Source: Octopus vulgaris (taxonomy: Eukaryota). Taken from it: 64,000 bases of DNA. The stretch is taken from contig OX597821.1 of the NCBI GenBank assembly GCA_951406725.2, forward strand, positions 15,190,001 to 15,254,000. The letters are read 5' to 3'. The notes beneath the pieces were generated by a model, which was not told the DNA's origin, did not search any database, and was given only the letters and a program-made list of their open reading frames with translations. Position numbers and translations under genes: made by a program. Positions 57,252 through 64,000 of the stretch are shown here, in pieces; the first letter of the stretch is position 1; every line of letters begins with the position of its first letter.

Positions 57252-58220
57252 CATATATATAAAGTAGAGATGTGCTTCTTCAATTTTCACGCGGAAACCG
57301 CTTCACCTATTGCTTTCATACTAGTGATCCATGAATAATTTGACCTCGAACAAATAATAATTTTTTATTAAAAGTTATTAAGAATAAAAAAATATTGCTC
57401 TTCATATTACATTTACGTCTTTGAAAGATTTTAAAATATTTACTGCTGGTTTTCTCGCGTCAGTGACGTAACATATCACTTTATGTATATCTCTCTATAC
57501 CTATCTATCTCTTTGTAACATATCGCTCTATCAATATGTCTTGTTCTCACTTTCATTTTGCAGGCGCTATTCTTTTCACTTTCAATCCGCATGCGCCGTT
57601 GCTAAACTTCCATATTATTGTTTTCACTGTAAGTCTCAGTTTTCAAACTAAGCTTTGCAATGTCTAAATGTGGTAGGACTTAACCTCCTTCAACATTGCT
57701 TCTCACATGGTCAGCTGTATGCTGGAAGTTCTACATTCTCAGTGATAAATATGGCAAGACAACCTCTTTATAAGAAGAATCACTTACATGAATATTAGGT
57801 CCACATCGACAGAATTTTAAAACTATTGAGTGTTAAAGTATTACTATCACACTTTCACTTTACGACTGACATGCGTAAAGATATATTTGTGTGTATAAAA
57901 GTGGAACAATAGCGTGATATATTCGCTGTCAATTTGTGTTCGTGTGTGTACTCTACGCACGGCCTTTCAATGTTTATAATCTGCACCTACTTTTTGGTTA
58001 AGAAATAAGTTAGATAAACGTGTTTTTACTATATATACATATATGAGTTGAACACTTTTTTTTCACATGTAACTTAACGTCCATGTTCCATGTTGGCATG
58101 GATTACAGAGTTACGTAGTAAGTTGGTATTTCAGCTGCTAGCAGTTGTTACTTGCGTGATCTAGACAGCATTAACTTTCCTTATTTTCTTTAACTCGGGC
58201 AACGCCGGGTATTTCTGCTA

Positions 58221-58221
<1 letters not shown>
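57252..58221 (+). mobile_element. Second, longer Helitron-like element (3' end clear, 5' end inferred)
   Basis: 3' ctcgggcaacgccgggtatttctgCTAG at 58194-58221; 5' tatatataaagtagagatgtg resembles the 48329 start. Confidence 0.5.
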
Positions 58222-58254
<33 letters not shown>

Positions 58255-58259
<5 letters not shown>

Positions 58260-58305
58260 GTAAAGTATAGAAGCCATCTTATCTGGCTTCTATACTTTAC
58301 ATTAT
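58255..58305. repeat. Perfect 22-bp hairpin in TA tract
   Basis: ataatgtaaagtatagaagcca-tcttatc-tggcttctatactttacattat. Confidence 0.95.
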
Positions 58306-58384
58306 CGAGCGATTACTGTTTCAATCTCATTCTGAGATTTAATTATGCTATATATATATATATATATGTGTGTATGTATATTGG

Positions 58385-58566
58385 GGAGGTACGCGGCCTA
58401 GTGCTTAGGCTGTTACTTTGTTTCAGCCCCCCTTTCTATTAGCGATGGAAATGTTGGCTTGTTTGCCTAGCCAACGGGGTGGCGTCATTTGGAGGCGAAA
58501 ATACTTCAAAACGCATTGTGACCAGCGATGTGTAAAAATATCTGATAGTCTAGTCGGTCACGTGAT
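58385..58566 (+). mobile_element. SINE family B, internally deleted
   Basis: ggggtggcgtcatttg.aggc..cattgtgaccagcgatgtgta..tcggtcacgtgat. Confidence 0.75.
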
Positions 58567-58782
58567 ATATATATATATATATATATTTAGAGACACACAC
58601 ACGCGCACACACATATATGTCTGTATGCGTGTATGTGTTTGTGTGCATGGTGTGTGTATAATCTAATTTTAAATTGAGTTAAAATTTAATTAGTTTAGCA
58701 TAAAACTGAGGAATTACTATGCACTAGCAGCTTACATATTTATTACAGTTACACAAGAAGAGCGGTGATAATGATTTCGAAG

Positions 58783-58820
58783 CTTCGGCCTATGAAGAGT
58801 GGCAGGCTGAAACGTCGAAG
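58783..58820 (+). ncRNA. Degenerate hammerhead-like motif
   Basis: cttcggcct ATGAAGA gtggcaggct GAAA cg TC gaag; C3 mutated. Confidence 0.4.
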
Positions 58821-58976
58821 GTACTATTACTCACCTGCTTTGAACGTATGACTACACACACACACACTACACAGACACACACACACACTTGTGTATATAC
58901 ATGTGTATATATTACTCACGACCACGTACACACAAACACACACAGTCAGGCAGACACAAAGAGTCATATATGTGTA

Positions 58977-59375
58977 CTAGCAGTATCGCCCAGCGTTGCT
59001 CGGGTTTGTAAGGGAAATGACTATATAAGCATTTTTAGAGAGTTATAGCAAAAAAATAGCAAAAAAATGCATTAAAAATGGAATAAAAAATGATGGTAAA
59101 TTATTTTTTAAATCGTTAATTCATCGTAGACATTTTTAGAGAGTTACTTCCCTTTATTTAAAAAGTATGCTTTAAAATGGAAAAAAATTATGGTAAATTA
59201 TTTTTAAAATCGTAGTCTCATCGTAGACGCGCGCTAATACCCAGACGGGCGCGATATGAATCACGACTATAAGATACCCGAATTTGGTTAAACTGCACCG
59301 CAAAATGTTGGAGTAGTTAGGAATCTAAATCGTAGGAGACAGACACTCACACAACTTCACTTTTATATATATAGA
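58977..59375 (-). mobile_element. Non-autonomous Helitron (variant with internal duplication)
   Basis: Reverse complement of the 48329 family; A|TC..CTAG|T intact. Confidence 0.9.
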
Positions 59376-60041
59376 TATACATTCATTCATTTTGTTTAAA
59401 CGCCAATTTGCATCCATATATGATATAATGAATATAATTACAGTCCATTCGTGTTTATTCAGTCTGATGCAAGTATATTAAAATATGGTTCGTAGCATTT
59501 TGAATTCCAGAGTGGAAGTTGTCTGCACAAATTACATTTAGTTTTACTTATAACATATTTTCCCTGCTTCCTTCGGTCTTGCATTCAAAATAGTGTATAT
59601 CGATTATTATCTATAGACTACACGAAGCTAAAGGGAAGAAATGTGCCAAATAATAAGATATTCCTGCTAAATGTCACTGAGAAATGCCATATGATTAAGT
59701 TGCATTCTGATTAGAATTATTCCCCATTAATTATCAATATTAGTATTACTTACATTCCAAAGAAATTTTCGAAAGAAACTAATGATTCATGACTGTTGAC
59801 ATATATATGCTCGTGTGTGTTTGTCTATACGCACATTCATCTATTTGAGGTATATTGTTTTGTATTACATGTTTATACATATATATACACACACATACAC
59901 ACACACACATACACACACACACACACACACATACACACACACACACGCACGCACATATATATATATATAAATATGCCACTCACAACAACATACATACAAG
60001 CACATGCACGCAGGCACATATGTATAAGTATCTATAAGTGT

Positions 60042-60072
<31 letters not shown>

Positions 60073-60900
60073 CACACACAAATATAAACGTTATCATGCA
60101 TATATACATGAGGGTGTGTTTGTATTTATATATATTTATGTGTGAGTGTGTGCATGTGTGTGTGTGTGACTGTATGCAAGGCAGATAGCAGACTAAATGT
60201 GTGGAGTCCTTTCGTCAGCTTTATGTCCTGCGTTCGAATTTCGCCGACGGCGATGAGTGCCATTTGAGCGATGGAAACAAACAGACCGACAGATAGACAC
60301 ACACACACACATACACACACAGACGCACGCACATACAGACACATACACACACACATGTATAAGATATAAAATGTTTGGAAGTCGCGTGTAGTAGTGGTCA
60401 AGGTGTTGCACACATAATCGTAAGATTGTGGTTTCAATTCTGGACCCGTGATGCGCTGCGCTCTTCAGCAAAACACTTTGTATCACGTTGCTCCAGTCCA
60501 ATACAAAAAAAATGAGTAGTCCTGTAGTAGAAACCAGGAAAACGACTCTATACGCCTATGGCTTTGGAAGTGCATTTAATCCTTCCATTTCTGGCAGCCA
60601 TTCTTACGCATATGCATATGTACATAGAAACGAAGATGTTCATTTTGCTATAGAGACGAACAAAAAACGATTTAAGCTTCTGTCACTTTGTACGAACAAC
60701 AATTTTTTTTGAACGTTGAATGAGAAACATTGTTGAAAAAATTATGTTGTCAATGGGATTTCTTTTATTAGCCCATGCTCTTACTTCATTATTTAAAGCA
60801 AGATATTCTGCATCATATGTGTCCATTGGATATATAATGATATGTTACACATGCCTCTAACTTACAATCTGGTGTATATATATATATTGATGCATGTATG

Positions 60901-60954
<54 letters not shown>

Positions 60955-60992
60955 TATATGTATGCCTATATGTATATATGCATATATGAATG

Positions 60993-61039
<47 letters not shown>

Positions 61040-61473
61040 CCCTCACCTTTTGTTTTTACTGTTTTGTTCTCACTGTCCTGTTCTTGTTACCACCTTAACC
61101 CTCCGCAAAAAATTCCAAATTTTATTTAATTTGCTTTGCAGGAAGGACTGTTTCAACGAAGTCGCGCTTTGTCCTTGCCTTCGAATTGTGGAGTAGATGA
61201 AACAGGGACAGCTGAAGAAGGGGAATATTCTTTATGTTGTATGTCTAGTTTCTCTGTTTGTTGTTTTCGTAGTTTGAAAAAAGTTCGTTTTTATGATTGT
61301 GTTTTTATGTTTTCGTTTCTCACTGTGTTCAACGTTATTTTGATGTCCTGTACCTATATATGCATGTATATATACATATGCATGTAGGTGTGTACATATA
61401 TGTATATATGCATATATTCATTTATCATTTATATTATTTATATATATATATTTACATACAATCTGATGTGTGT

Positions 61474-61631
61474 GTACAATGACTACGAAAATAGTCTAAT
61501 AAAGGGGCATATAAGCCCTCGACAGAAAAAAGAAGGCTTTCCTAGCCCACGCAGATAGGAAAACCTTCTTGTTTCTGTCGAGGGCTTATATTATATGCCC
61601 CTTTATTAGACTAGTTTCATAGTCATTGTAC
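61474..61631. repeat. Long fold-back in TA tract carrying GAAActagTC hammerhead 3' half
   Basis: gtacaatgacta..gtctaataaaggggcatataagccctcgacagaaa..tttccta mirrored around an 11-nt loop. Confidence 0.9.
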
Positions 61632-61669
61632 GGCGATCGCTATGAGGTTTAAGCTTATATAAATATACC

Positions 61670-61701
<32 letters not shown>

Positions 61702-61718
61702 TTATAGCTATCACAAAG

Positions 61719-61765
<47 letters not shown>

Positions 61766-61784
61766 ATTTTAAAAATGTTCATTC

Positions 61785-61826
61785 ACTTGACCGGTTTCCC
61801 TTTTTTAGATAAAGATTGTCAAAAGT
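61785..61826 (-). ncRNA. Hammerhead motif, U3-A8 variant
   Basis: Minus: actt TTGACAA tcttt-atctaaa-aaagg GAAA ccgg TC aagt; 4-bp stem I, palindromic stem III, GUC site. Confidence 0.65.
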
Positions 61827-62161
61827 AAAATGTAAATCTTTGTATGAGCTTTGTTGACTTAAGTACTAGTTATCACAAAAGTATAAAAATACATATATAC
61901 CTTCTTTGATAATAATAACAGTTTATAAGTAAAAACAGTCTACAAGTTAAAACAGTTTACAAGTAAGTATTTAAGAAACTAATCAGAACGGGACTCCAAA
62001 GAGCATTTTTGAGTTCAACATAAATCATAATTGTTTGGTAGTATACATACACACAGAAAGAGATATATTTAAGAACTTACAAGAAATTGTAGAGGAATAA
62101 CTGACCTGTCTTTCAGGCATTTAACATCTTTAAAATTGCCCTGTCATGCATATATTTACAT

Positions 62162-63390
<1,229 letters not shown>

Positions 63391-64000
63391 TGTATGTATG
63401 TATTTATACATATAATTCATCGTGTATGTGTTTTTTATTGTTTATAACTTAGTAAGTAATATCAAATATTTACAAATTTACAAGCTGATATTAAAATCAA
63501 AATGCTGAATCCTATCATAATAAAAACGATTCTTCTCCATAGCATTTATAATTCCTCGAACTTAGTGCATAAAGCAAACAAGTTATTTCAAAACTAATAC
63601 AGTGTCATTATTTTTCTCATATTACTAAAAGAAATTTAATATTAGGGAAAGTAACAATAATTAAAAAGTAGCAGAAAGAAGAAATGAAAGAGTTTGCTGC
63701 TGAATTAAACGATGGAATATGTTGTTATTAAAAGAAATCTGATTTAAATAGTTTGAGGGTTGGAATTTAAGTTCTCAGTCCGGTTAGGCTCACATTAACA
63801 TGTTACATTTGCATAATTTTAATCATCAAATGTTTTTTAAACATTCTTCTTTACTGTTTGTTTTTAATGGTGGTGGATGCGGACGTAACAGAAGTACCTC
63901 CAGATGTTCCAAAATGAATATCTTATTTTATCATGCTATATCGCCAATCGATATTCTGTATCAAATTATATTTAATAGCTCTGCTTCGTCTAAAGTACTT

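Overview
AT-rich, microsatellite-dense animal genomic DNA with no supportable host protein-coding exon. Most of the ORF track is translated (TA)n/(AAT)n/(CA)n/(GAA)n. The repeat inventory looks like octopus/coleoid cephalopod intronic or intergenic DNA (inference from pattern recall, no search run). It includes decayed LINEs (CR1-like, Dong/R4, Tx1-like, RTE-like), four tRNA-headed SINE families, non-autonomous Helitrons, and hAT and Tc1/mariner MITEs. The main unexplained structure is a dispersed set of short inserts sitting in (TA)n tracts. They carry minimal type I hammerhead ribozyme motifs, including U3-A8 covariants, and often fold back as long inverted repeats. One is linked to a Penelope-like GIY-YIG C-terminus (5531-5690). 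One is a ~1.05 kb non-coding element with near-identical 232-bp direct repeats (retrozyme-like). One holds a copy of ~250 bp of neighbouring DNA between its arms. Separately, a strong recursive-splice (ratchet point) signature lies on the minus strand at 54988-55027. All alignments and folds were done by eye.
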